From: Bugula neritina
Taxonomy: Eukaryota; Animalia; Bryozoa
Length of the DNA: 64,000 bases
Direction of reading: 5' to 3'
NCBI GenBank assembly: GCA_964035545.1
Contig: OZ037765.1
Span: forward strand, 6,086,698-6,150,697
Shown here one piece after another: positions 20,396 to 30,600 of the stretch. A model generated the notes under the pieces. That model was not told the DNA's origin and did not search any database. It worked only from the letters and a program-made list of their open reading frames with translations. A program made the translations under genes and the position numbers. Within the stretch, counting starts at the first letter, position 1. Every line of letters starts with the position of its first letter.

Positions 20396-22211
20396 AATAC
20401 ACACAAACAACAAGCAACATGCGCATATACAATCGTAGAAAAAGAAAGTTATATACCGAATGAATTTTTTTTTATATCAGGCTGTTTTAATTTGACTTCC
20501 CATTACAGAATCTGTTTATTGTTGAAACGCTAGAATTGACCAGAAATGCTCATGTGATTGGCGAGGTTGAAATAGAAATGGCGTTCTCTTACGGATGTTT
20601 CGGTTATGGCTACTCCTCTCAGGTGGGACTCTGATTAGCTCAAGCTGAATAATTTTTGTAGGTGGAACCTCTAAATAACTCTTCTGCCACCTGACACTTT
20701 TCTAACCTACCTATTAGAATTACTGTAACAAGTACAAATGTTATGCTAGTACTATGAAAATATATCTAGAGACTAGATATACAACATAAAATATTCTGCA
20801 ATATAGAGAAACAAGCTTGTTAAAAATTGTCATTTATAGATGTCATTATAGCTTATATAGTTTATATTGATAATTTATTTTCACTTTCATTACACAAATT
20901 GGTTTAATTTTCTGGTGCATGCTGTTAATGCAATGTAAAATCTCAAGACATTAAAAAGGTTTCGGGTGACGGTAATCTTTTATTTAAGTGATTAGTGGTA
21001 AATATTTGTAAGATAAATAGTCACATCACAGGTACACAAAATACTAATAAACATGCATTTTAGATTCATTGTAAGCAGTCTTTACTTTTACAGTTAGAAA
21101 GTAAAACACACTCATGCACAGAACAAATCAGCCAATCACTGTTTTACAGAGCTGAGCCTCCTTCAGATAGAAAACACGAGGCCAAGTAAGCCCTTTTCCT
21201 GTTATATTGACATATTTTACATCAACCATTCTAAAATATTGTTAGAAATTTTACAAAATTTTGGTATAACTATTGCAAATACTGCCATTATTATTACAAA
21301 CTACTGTTTTAACTATTAAAAAAACATTATTAAAACTATTTTCATGTAATGCACTATATCTCTATTTTTTATTAAAATACCTAATGTAACATTTGAATAA
21401 CTTATCATAATAGACATAATTTTATTTAGCTGTATTTTAGAAATGTGATGACAGCTATTCCAATTCCTCACCCTACATTCATCAAATGGCCGGCGCAGGT
21501 TAACATAGTTCTTGGCGGAAAAGAAGAGATGACTGACTCCGTGACAGAGCTGATGTCTGGGAAAGCGTCACATAAACTCCAGTTTCCTCATCTTGTGGAA
21601 CGTATGAGTCACAGGTGATATGCAAACTCATTTTGAATGTTTCCATATAATGATTGTATCAAAAAAATGTTTGAATAATTACATTGAACTACGCAAAATC
21701 ACAAACTGTAATCACATTTATAGTAAGTCTAAATAGCAATTATTGTGATTGTAAGTGGCCGTTATAGTAGAATTAAGTTATATATATTTGAAAGAGACTT
21801 TTAGGCTCTATTCTACATCGTTGGACAAAGGTCATAAAGACATTAGTTTGATTCTACATTTACTGCAATCTCTGAGAGGATGTGGTTAAGCTACTTTTTA
21901 GATGAATGTAATTCACATGTGTAATCATGTGAACTTTACAAGGAAAAGTTGAAAAAAGATATAAATTATTATAATTTTGCTGCCAAAGTCAGTTGATAGC
22001 AATAAACTTGATTCCTTTTTTCATGCTCCAGGGATCCTGCAATGTTTAGCATATGTTGTTATATATTTCTAAGAAGTTGAGTGTCATTTATAGGTTCCCA
22101 GAGCTGCAAAGACAATATTCTCTGCAAAACAAAAGGTCTCAAAGGATAACATTTTTGAAAAATTTAGTGACTGCTAAATCAATTGCTGACATTGAAGAGA
22201 ATCAAGATGAG
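8893..22211 (+). CDS. C2CD6: C2CD6/ALS2CR11 (CatSper-tau)-like C2-domain protein; probable last exon near 22800-23000 not phased
   Basis: Exons 8893-8991, 13402-13465 (GC donor), 19632-19774, 19914-20033, 20509-20622, 21094-21185, 21441-21614, 22094-22211 join in frame: MNDRL...VPP|[12 protein letters not shown]...LYVRIAVG...[21 protein letters not shown]|L...SLFYRAEPP...HPTF. GxLAIHxKxC and FSYGxFGYG match recalled C2CD6 motifs. Confidence 0.75.
9295..10305 (+). CDS. LINE ORF1: PHD finger, coiled coil and RRM/CTD-like region
   Basis: C..C...[18 protein letters not shown]...WFCDEC; [10 protein letters not shown] and RLG...RPIKLRF are typical CR1-type ORF1 motifs. Confidence 0.85.
   Translation: MSLPTLTQSQDQIGNSGGDFPPLQRSQLESTTDDNNTDLNELCASCSKKECFLLTKGGKQQKAASKWISCDVCLKWYHGTCQGLQPSEVNSITRLSDRGVRWFCDECSSQKDDGGNTQHMKMLHSINQQISKLERKLEKYHQHSNDEVSTLQKTWADITSKNTEIANNTKKTLQMTTTSQALLASEMDKKDNEARKSNAILYGLTERDTAIQDVMNLMSKELFKNFNKPVQAIRLGPKTENKNRPIKLRFEDERSKWEFLKRVNHALRADSLFCKLDMNKETRDKEYTLRQQVKKLKEEHPTIQFRIRDFNIQKKAESGNWEKLKPEDQQTKLSQI
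10245..13044 (+). pseudogene. LINE ORF2 (AP endonuclease plus reverse transcriptase) with one internal frameshift at ~11163
   Basis: APE motifs ANARS, LTETH, GGGVMI, LLGDMN, GNTLDLI, SDH. RT motifs [34 protein letters not shown]. The frame changes by +1 between VPLETIHV and RNEDQPPWF. Confidence 0.88.
13705..14244 (+). repeat. 5' LTR (540 bp)
   Basis: Ends TGTCACAAA...TTTGTGACA; no difference from the 3' LTR found by eye. TATA at ~14026, TCAGTT Inr at 14056, AATAAA at 14127. Confidence 0.97.
14247..14263 (+). promoter_or_regulatory. Primer binding site, tRNA-Pro-like
   Basis: TGGGGGCTGCTCCGGGA versus the tRNA-Pro complement TGGGGGCTCGTCCGGGA (two swapped bases); starts 2 nt after the LTR. 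Confidence 0.8.
14341..17022 (+). CDS. Gag-protease-integrase part of the Gmr1-like polyprotein
   Basis: SCAN-like capsid (YLERFE...W...EQF), two CCHC knuckles ([28 protein letters not shown]), protease RDTGC, integrase HHCC and DDE core ([21 protein letters not shown]). Confidence 0.93.
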   Translation: MALLERVTQMGKDLGLVEDKLVAFVEKNLPIVAAQEEKEKDREEKEKDREERRLEREAEKIRQENEKALMEMKIKADQEATAFKVKADQEAMALKVKADQEAMALKVQADQEAEERRQRHELDMEKLKADISLEHSRHESTRLEITNKPKPKIPFFDEKVDEMDSYLERFEWVAEGCNWDKGDWPYHLSQYLRGTATEAYIRLSPTDRRDYKKVKEALLERFNLTQEGYRKKLREAEAYEDETPAQLFTRIETYVHKWVELSGGMDIAKLVATEQFISSCPDDLAVHLKQNSYNSSEDMCDAASLFLHARGRKLAKTRKTNTKRMENTPAASMNAEQGSKSDGACFICKDKSHIARNCPRRGKKYCSHCKMNNHNTSDCRKYGGRSVRAAAAIGTTQNKTVVIDPGISSKVEEPTEIIVNGKKFVNAAVCKNGPKFKDGGTAIFDAEVNGQRATVMRDTGCGCIVVNAKYVQPQHLTGESVYLNMADASVREAQWALISVRSPFYNGVVKAAVMDKTICDLLIGNVDGARSADQPLENWKDCAVTTRAQAVKEKSGDKPLMVDSNANPLSIGKDEIARLQRDDPTLERFFDAKEVKEKKGCTTRFVVRNRILYREYTDSKSVSVKPVKQLMVPSSLRKEVLQKAHDCIMSGHLGVKKTTDRVLSNFFWPGLNGDVVRFCQSCDICQKTVKKGSVMKVPVQETPLIDTPFKRCAIDLIGPINPPSEKGHRYILTLVDYATRYPEATPLKNIDSATVAEALLDIYSRVGIPEEVISDQGTQFISDYMKEFTRLLDMRQLPTSPYHAMANGLVEKFNGTLKSMLKKLCAKEPRQWHRFINAALFAYREVPQESTGFAPFELLYGRTVRGPMYILRQLCQKKTLPMKSRPAINMFLN
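16962..18854 (+). CDS. Integrase C-terminus, RT and RNase H of the same polyprotein, split off by a 1-nt frameshift
   Basis: [60 protein letters not shown]. Confidence 0.93.
   Translation: MSKEDTADEVKTCYQHVFELRERLDDMMEMALASLKDSQKRYKHYFDKKAKQRDFRPGDKVLILLPTDGNKLLMHWQGPFNIEEKVRLNDYIINIRGKRRTYHANMLKKYFEREAPTDPMTVGAVMTLDAAGTGVIDHDEEREDGQDDLLDLYGKKQQTETSKDVILGEELENQQRRRLEELLRKFEGIFSDLPGNATGIEHSIELTTDEPVKSKPYGLPYRVRETLKADIEDMLKMGVIRPSTSPYASPTVIVKKPDGSNRICIDYRKLNRVTVFDPEPMVKTDDVFRKLSKDKYFTKLDLSKGYWQIPVKKEDIPKTAFVTPDGHYEFIKMPFGMVNSGATLVRGLRKLFVNLKGVDNYIDDILVHTESWEEHVKTLTEVFSRLATAGLTVRPSKCRVGGTNMEFIGHKLYRGEIKPMDDNIEKIRAAPRPTNKTQVRSFIGLTSYYREYIPHYSTIASPLTDLTKKGEPKKVKWQEPQEKAYTTLKTMLTSAPILKLPDVHKPFVLRTDASDVGLGAVLMQPQDGKLFPVSYASRKLLDRERNYSAIEKECLAVVWAVKKYLQYLYGVEFVLQTDHQPLVYINQAKFENSRVMRWAMYLQNFRIKVESIKGKDNVGADYLSRIDSEF
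18901..19440 (+). repeat. 3' LTR (540 bp), preceded by polypurine tract AGAATGGGGGG
   Basis: Direct repeat of 13705-14244, followed by the TSD TATAG. Confidence 0.97.
20224..20392. repeat. Compound microsatellite (CA)n-(CGCA)n-(TA)n
   Basis: Seen directly; intronic. Confidence 0.95.
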
Positions 22212-22219
22212 GTATGAGT

Positions 22220-22357
22220 GCACACAGCACGCACGTACGCACGCCCACGCAATACACATAAGTGTGTGTATTGCGTGTATGTATGAGTGCACGCACACAT
22301 ACACACACGCAATACACATAAGCACAAGCACACGCACGCACACACACACACACACGC

Positions 22358-22412
<55 letters not shown>

Positions 22413-22461
22413 AGCACAAGCACACGCATGCACACACACACACGCACGCACACACACACAC
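22220..22461. repeat. Degenerate (CA)n/(GCAC)n microsatellite
   Basis: Seen directly; intronic. Confidence 0.9.
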
Positions 22462-24690
22462 TTGTATACTTGGTTTTAACAAGTAGTTTTTTAATACCTA
22501 AATGTCTACTTATACATTTTAATAAATGAAATTATTTTATCAATATGTAGGTATATCATTTTTACCTGTTCTCTTTAAGCTGAAAAGTTATGCAAAAGGG
22601 CAAAATTGATATTTGTTCAATCTTATAAATTTTAGTTTCAACTTTGTAATAAGACGGCTTTACTTGATGGACGAAAATATATAACTTTTATTGTGACAGT
22701 CATTTTATGAAAGATGGATAACTTGTAAAAAATAACTTTTATACCAACTCAACTGCCTATTATTTAATTTTTTCATATTGTATATTTGATTGAGGCTATT
22801 TAGATTCTTACAGTATGTATGAATATAAGCAGGCGGTGTTCAATAACAAAGACAGTCAGCAAGAGCGGGAGAGATCAACAGAAGCTGCTGAGGATTCTCA
22901 AAGTGAAGAGGAATATGACTTTGAACCTAGTTCAGTGTTATCTCGCATTGGTACCTTTTTCGGGTGGGTATTTGCTATCCCCTATTTATACCCAGAGTAG
23001 CTGTAGTTCACTGGTTATACTACTGACGTACAACTCCCACTGACAATATAAGAGAAGTTCATAGGTCAACATTTTAGTCTGACTAGTCTAGATTAATGAC
23101 ACAAACACGCTGTAAAAGTATTTCTTTGTTGTATCTGCTGAGATTGCAAAGAAAAACTGACGCTTCCTTACATGCTTGTAGGTTTAAACCAAAAGTAAAA
23201 CACCGAAAAGAAAACACTGAAAGTCAGCCCAAAAATCTAGCACGTACTCCAATGGATTAAAATAACTATAGACATTTGGTAGCAATGATTCAAAACTACG
23301 CAAGCAAATCAATCACTGTTTGATTTTAGAGATGTTTTATACGGTATAAAATATTATATAGAATAAAAAGTGTTGCATTGATCATTAAGATTCTAATAAG
23401 GCCAGTCCATTGAGCGATATATAATATCTTGTGTCATAAATCGGCATCAAAATGAAAGTTGTTTTTAAAAAGTGTTTAGTATGTAAATTATATACCGGTA
23501 TAATTTTTAAATACATCATAATTTTTTTTCAAGTAAACCATTATTTACAAATCTGGTGGAAACATGTCTTAGGTAACTTTACAATAAAAGTTCTTATCTA
23601 ATAGCAATGGAGAAACCTAATTGAGCTAGGCCTCCGGCAGCCACCCTTTACCCAAACAGGACAGAGCGGGGGTAAGTGAGGATAGGATCAAACAGCAATG
23701 TCAGTGAATTCTAAACAATTTATAATTTAATTGAAAATAGCTAATAACTTATTTATTATAACTTTGACATCTTGTCAGCAAAAATCAGTTTATGTTTACC
23801 TATAGTAAAAATACTGCTTAGCTAGATGGCTCATAGTTTAAAAAAAAGTTTTGAAACTTAGAATAGTAATATCTATATTCTAAGCTAAAATATACTCAGT
23901 AGTTTAATGAGAACCAATGTAGTATATATAAAAATTGTTCTATTACTGTGGCCTCTGTTACAAATATCTAATTATATCACTTTTGTGATATATATACTTG
24001 TGAAAAGTATGATATATATTAGCAAAAAGTATGCTTTTAATACAAATAGTTGAGCTGCTTGTCTGAACCAGGTTTATGACTTATCAAAAACAATATAAAT
24101 AAGTAATATATAATATTGAGACCTGGTATCTATGTTTAACAACCCATGTTGAGAAACTATTTCAATCTTCTTATCATTCAAGTTATGACATAATTGAGTA
24201 TATAGCATCTTAACATAATGTTGTAACGTTTATATAAATAAAAATCACTACGATGTAACCAGTACAGTCTGTAAATTAAGACTCTAGTGTACATTATATT
24301 AGTTACAATGCAACAAAACCACAACAAATGTCATTTTGCCACAACTATGGATTATATCAAGTTATTGTAACGTGCAACTCAGAGTTATCCGCTCTATAGT
24401 AGACAGTGAAGTATTTGAAGTTAATCACGTGGTGTAAACATTGACCAGCTGATCAAATGTTGACCTAATAGACTTTCAACCAATAAAACAGTGGAATATT
24501 GTTGTGCGCTGAGCAGAAAAATAAACGATCCAAGAAGATTTGTTTTTAAAATGAACTGTAATTCTTTGTCTGAGACGCCAGGCGTGTTTCTTTGTTCACT
24601 ATATAACTATATTCTTTAGCTGTCGGCCTTCTAGGCCACCCAGATTTAATCAAAATTACGAAAGTTCACCCAGCAGACGTCTCTCAGGAG

Positions 24691-27600
24691 ATGAGTAAAA
24701 CTAACCATCTTTACACAAATGGAAACGGCAACCACCACTCCCAGCAACACGGGCATGTTCACAAACACTCCAAAAGTAAATCGGAGGTAATTGTCAACTT
24801 TTATTGGGAATTTTATTTTATAAAACACATTCAATTTTATTATTATGTGTAGTGCCAATATAGTTAATATAGGAGTGAGTTTATAGTTAATGTTATACGT
24901 GTTTAGTTTTTACAAATGGCAATGTCAAACTCAATGTGAGTCACTATCAGTATCACTATGAGCTGAAACTTTAAGTTCAAGTTGAACTTATCTCAGCTAA
25001 ATCCTTAGACTTGAAGTTGCTATTACCCTTAGTTTGACTCTCTCTCTCTGACTTTCTAATGCTTTTGAAACTTAAAATGTATACAAGGTTACAACATTAT
25101 TATAACTTGGCAATGAATATGATTTAGTGGTGTATTTTATCGATGACGATAGTAATACTAATACTAATAATAATTATCATAAATTTAAAGGCTTTACAGT
25201 TAATTCGATAGCGTTGTACTTGTTACTACCACTAGCAGTAGTTCGACTTTGGTCATATTTATTTTTAGTAACTTATTGTTGCACTTTCAACTACTCTTAT
25301 TGTTATTTTAACTTTTTAGCACTAAATTTGATAGTGAATAAACATAGTTATACTCTAATATTCAGCAGCTGTAAAATATTAATATAACTCTAATTTGAAA
25401 AATAATAAAAAATTCATTAGCATGTACTTGCCTCTTATTATTTAGTTTTAACTAACTAAACGTAGTTTAAAGTGGTTTTGTTTGTTTTTCAGTTTATTTT
25501 TTCAATTTTTTTATGCTTCAAGGCTTTGCAGTTCCATCTTCAAATGTAGTACATGTGTTTACTTATTAGCAGCTAGACGCTAAAAGTAGTAAATTTACTT
25601 TATGTTGGCTTAAATTCATCTAATTAGTGTTAAGTAGCATCATAAAACCTGTGTTTTAGTTATTTGTTTTTCATCTTGAACTTTTTAGAGTGTCAAACTG
25701 ATTATAGCCGACTACGGTGGATAGAGTGATACTATTAGTTTTTGTATAATTAGATATAAAGTATCATGTTTGTGATAAGACATTTATATGTTCCAGTTTG
25801 ATTTTTAGCAAGTAAACAAGTTTGGAAATTCAATATGACTGAAGCACAAAAAATTTTTCTTTGTAATTTCTACCTAAAAAGTAGCTATAGGTGATACTTT
25901 AAAATTGTAAAATTTGTCTGTAAGCAGGGGACTGTATCATGATGAGACTCAATTACTAACTATTAGTGAGATTTCCACAAATATAAAAACCCAATATAAT
26001 TTATCACTTGGTGGGGAGAGGGTAGGGGTCATGCTTTAGGTTACCAGCCAACCCCTGTGACTCAATACTGCATTTTGTAAGCCACGTGTTTGCATCCTGA
26101 ATTTTATTCCTTTAAATATAAAACAAATGATTTTTTAAAAGTATTTTTAAATTTTTTACCATTGAATTTACAAGTTATACATTTCTAATGGCACTAGAGA
26201 TAATCTTATTTTTAATTTTTATGACTAAATTGTTTGCAATACGATTGTAAGCCGCCGTCAGTGTGGTTATCTGACTGAAGCATAATGTATACATTGTTCA
26301 AGGTTTTCATCTTATAATTCTTTGAATGGTTATAGCCTATAGGAATACAAATTAATTTTATTTTAAGCTGGTAATCAATATCATGTGTAAAGTGCAAACT
26401 TGAAATAAGTCCCTCATGACCTTTGTTCACTTCGATCACTGCTTTCACTTCTCAAACTGTTATATTTTACAAATTTGGAAGAACTAAAAGTAATTTTGTC
26501 TTTTTCATGGATGTAAGATAAGTTTCCATCACACTAAATAGTTCATTGTGGATTGAAATCCGTTGTCTATTAAATAATGCTAAGTCATGTAACACATCAA
26601 TAACTGAATGTGCTTGGCATATCAAAGCAAAACTAGTACTAAACAACTAATTAAATACAGTAACTTGAGGGAGGAGCAATAACAGAGAAAAGCCTGGGTT
26701 TTAGATGACAAAAAATCACAAAAAAGTTGTGTTTTCTTGACAACCAAAATTTGTAAAGACAACTAAAGAAAGCTTACTTCTTGCTAATTTTTTCTAGTAC
26801 TGCACTTAAATAAGCTATTAGTGCACGGCTCTACTCTTGTGGTACCTTGTTGTAGCTTTCACAGATGTCAATTGAAGGTGAAGCACTAATTAATAGAAAG
26901 TTGCCAAAGGAGCTGTTACTGAGGTACGTGTGGCATTCAGTTTCTCAGTTTATACCAGCATAGATACCAGCTCAGGAATTTCTAAAAAGCACTACATCTG
27001 CACCTGAGTTTTTTGTACCTATTTGACACAAAAGTATGGAGGAAGTACTTAAGATAGCTGTTATTGGTGAGGCTGAAAATGTGATATCATCGCCTATTGG
27101 TAGTTTCCTAAAATAATGACGGTTGAAGAGCCATAGAGAGTTATCATAGAATATTGGTAAAACCCTACAGATGGGATCTAAGTTGAATTGTACTCACTAG
27201 CATTACCTTAATACTAGCATAAGCTGACTTGAAATCTATGAATTTCTGGTAAATTAACATTTTTTTGGGATTTATTTATGGCATCTGTGTCCTAGGATGT
27301 CAAACTGGTTTTGTATTGGTTAGCCATGGAAGACCTTTGATCTGTAAACATTCATTTTTGCAGATGATTCGTGACATTTATCTCATTGGTCTCAATTTGT
27401 TTTGGAAAATTTCAGGGAGCTTCAGATATAGTGATATAGTGTAATGCTTTGTTACCAGCTTTTTTCTAAGGTTGCTTTTTGACTGAAATTACACCTCTTG
27501 TATTCAGTGTTGAAACCTCAGTGCTATATATATATATATAATGTAATATAATATATAATATATATATGTAATATGTAATATAATTTACGCCCCAGCTGCT

Positions 27601-30600
27601 GTTGTATTTGATTGTCAGTACGAAGTGCATGGGGTAAGGCAGGTCATCCTGGTGTCATAGGATAATCTTTGTTTGGTTACAGCCGTAACAAAGAAGCAAT
27701 CTGCTAGTTTTGAAATTGTGTTTATGTTTAAGCTGTAATCATTCATAGACATTGTTGGGAGTATTAATTGTCAAGTTGAGATACTCAAATAATTAGGGCT
27801 GTGGATTACTTCTCTAAAAGACTATAATTAATGAGGTTGCTAAAGTCCTAATGCTATTTTTGTATAGTTTACACCACTGAACTGAAACTATATAATTATT
27901 ATAGTTCAATGGTTTACACACAAAGAAATCTACTTTGAAATAGACCATGTAAAACTCAGCCAATCAGCGAAGTGTACCAGGTCAATGTCTTACCATTGTA
28001 ACTGATATAAAATTCTGCAAGTTCAATTGCAAAATGCATGCTTCTAAAAGCTAGTTGTGCAACTTTTTCTTCATGCATTATTTAATTTCATATCTTAAAT
28101 TGATGACTCTTGAAATGATTTTTTAAAATGTCTAAATTAAGTGTTTATAAAATGCAATTAAAAATTTCATGTCTAGAAAAATGACCTGGTACACTTTTGC
28201 AACTTAAGGCCAATTATTACATAACTGCCAGCTTAGTAGTTATTTGTTGTTGCAGCTTGAATGGGTTATTGTTTAGCATTGGAAGCTTGCAGTAAACATC
28301 TGTGAATTTGGTACATGACTTTGATTGGCTGGTTTTTGAATGGCCCTTTAGTATATGCATCTGGATGGCTGGGTAGTGTGGACTCCGCCTACATCTAGCT
28401 AATGTACAGTAGCCAATCCACAGTAGTATTACAAAATTTCTGTTTAACAAATGAAATATTCTGGTCATTTGTTTTGTACTTTACAATAGTAAATATTCTA
28501 TTCAACTAGAATTTTATTGTATGTAAGCCATGGGAACTACTAAGAGGTTAAATCAACTACCCATGCTAGTAATATTGTAGCTCGCAGTAATAGCAAGTCC
28601 ACACCATATAAATATACACATAAGCTATTATGTGCAGCTTATGAATGCTGAAATGACCCCATTTCTTACCTTCAATTTGAAAAAAATTGTATTACATATT
28701 CTGCCACTTCTGCACCAGGAACATGTTTTCCTTTTAAATTTTGAAAATAGTAGTCAGTTTCTGCAGCAGTCAACATCCACAATAAACAACGTAAGCTTTC
28801 AAATAAACTATAAATATATGAATTATTAGTGTGGAAACAATGTAATTTATTCATTGCTATAATGAAAAATTATAAGAATATTATATAAAAGCTAGATATA
28901 GATTTCTAGTAAAATGGCACAGGTAAAAATAACACATTTTTACTTCAAATTCTAAATTTCATCAGTCACCAATGGTGGCTGTAGATTACAGAGAGCACAG
29001 CAAACTATCATAATCTTGTCTAATAGAGGTGCCAACACCAAGTTCACACTTCCAGGACCATTTAAAATATTGAACTCCTTTATTCTTTTGATTGCTCTTT
29101 CGACATGGATTCGAAAGTTAGCATTTTAGTAACTGCATTTTAGTCATTTGCAAATGGCCTCTTTTCCCAGGTGGTATGGCCAACTTGGCTCCAGCGCCTA
29201 TAAGTTCTTTTTCAATAAGAAAGCCTCTATCTGCCATAACCACACCACCTGGGTTTATGAAGTCTAAGAACCCAGAGTCATTCACTACACACTTGTCTTA
29301 GGCTCTACTTCCCATTCCATGTGAAATAAAGCAAATAGTGCCCTTGGGTGTAATTGCAACCAAATAATTGATGGTGTTGGTCTTTTTATACTCACTCCAT
29401 GTTAAAGATTGAGCCAGCTTTGATTGAGGCTTACAAATGAATATTTCTGTGCAGTCTATAATGCACCTAATGTTAGCATATTGGCTTTGAAAGCTCAGAG
29501 GAATGTTCAGCTTCTCTCTTGTCGGAAAAACTATTAGATTGTTTAGTTCTCTTGCTAAAATATCTAATGTGTCTTTGAAGGTTTTGCTTGCTAGCAATCT
29601 AGAGATATAAAAAAGGCCAGCAAGCATTTGAAACTGTAAATCTTGACGCAGCTTCATCAAAGCCAATAAAAGTTTATCTTGTCCTGTTAACTTTTTTCTG
29701 AAAGTGAGAACTTTCATCTTCGGACATATAAATCTAAATATAGTAAACAAAGAATGAAAATTAAATTATGATTCAAATTATAATGTATGTGCTAAACAAA
29801 TTTTGTGCTTAGTTTGTATTCATTCAGCAGTTTTTACCCTCTGGTAAGTAGCTTCAGTTATATTTTGCAAGAACTATGAAGTTCAAGAACTGCTAGTTGA
29901 AGGCTTGACCCAATATATCACCATCCAAACAGAATGTAATGTGTGTCAACATGTGTTATGTAATACTGTAACAGTACATAATAAGCTAGCTGTCTGAGTA
30001 CATGCTTTGAATGGAGTCATGAGTTTAAACAAATACCCTAGACAAACAATTATTACTTCCTTTTATAATTATACTATAACTAATTCAAACCCATATTATT
30101 TTTAGAATAGCATTTAATAATGTTTGTGAATAAGTGAAACTAGTAACAAGTGTAAACCATTTTAGTTTTAAACACTGAGTTAGTTTCAGCTAAAAATTAG
30201 ATTAGGATACCACTTTTGATAAGCTTTAAAATAACCAAGGAAAATTTAAGTCAAAACAATTTACTTTTCCTGGAGAAAGTGAGTCAATTTGTCCACAAAT
30301 AAAAGACTTCTGCTTGTTTAAATAAAACCCTAAACTAAATAAATCAAAGCATGCAGATGACCACTGTGATATTTATGAATATCTTACATAAAATAACATC
30401 TTTAATAAGAAATGTATGAATGATGCACTCATACTGCAACAAATTTAATTAAAATGACAGTTTTACTACACATCAAATTTAATCAATGTACAAATTTTAG
30501 CATAATGAGACTTGCATTGTTTATTTGTAATAAACCATAGTCTATCTTTGCAATAAGAAAATCATAATTTTTACCTTGCTAAAAAATAGTATAGAGAACG

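Noticed and set aside
23605-23680. GC-richer segment ending in GTAAGT, a possible exon
   Set aside because: Could not be linked in frame to either neighbouring gene.
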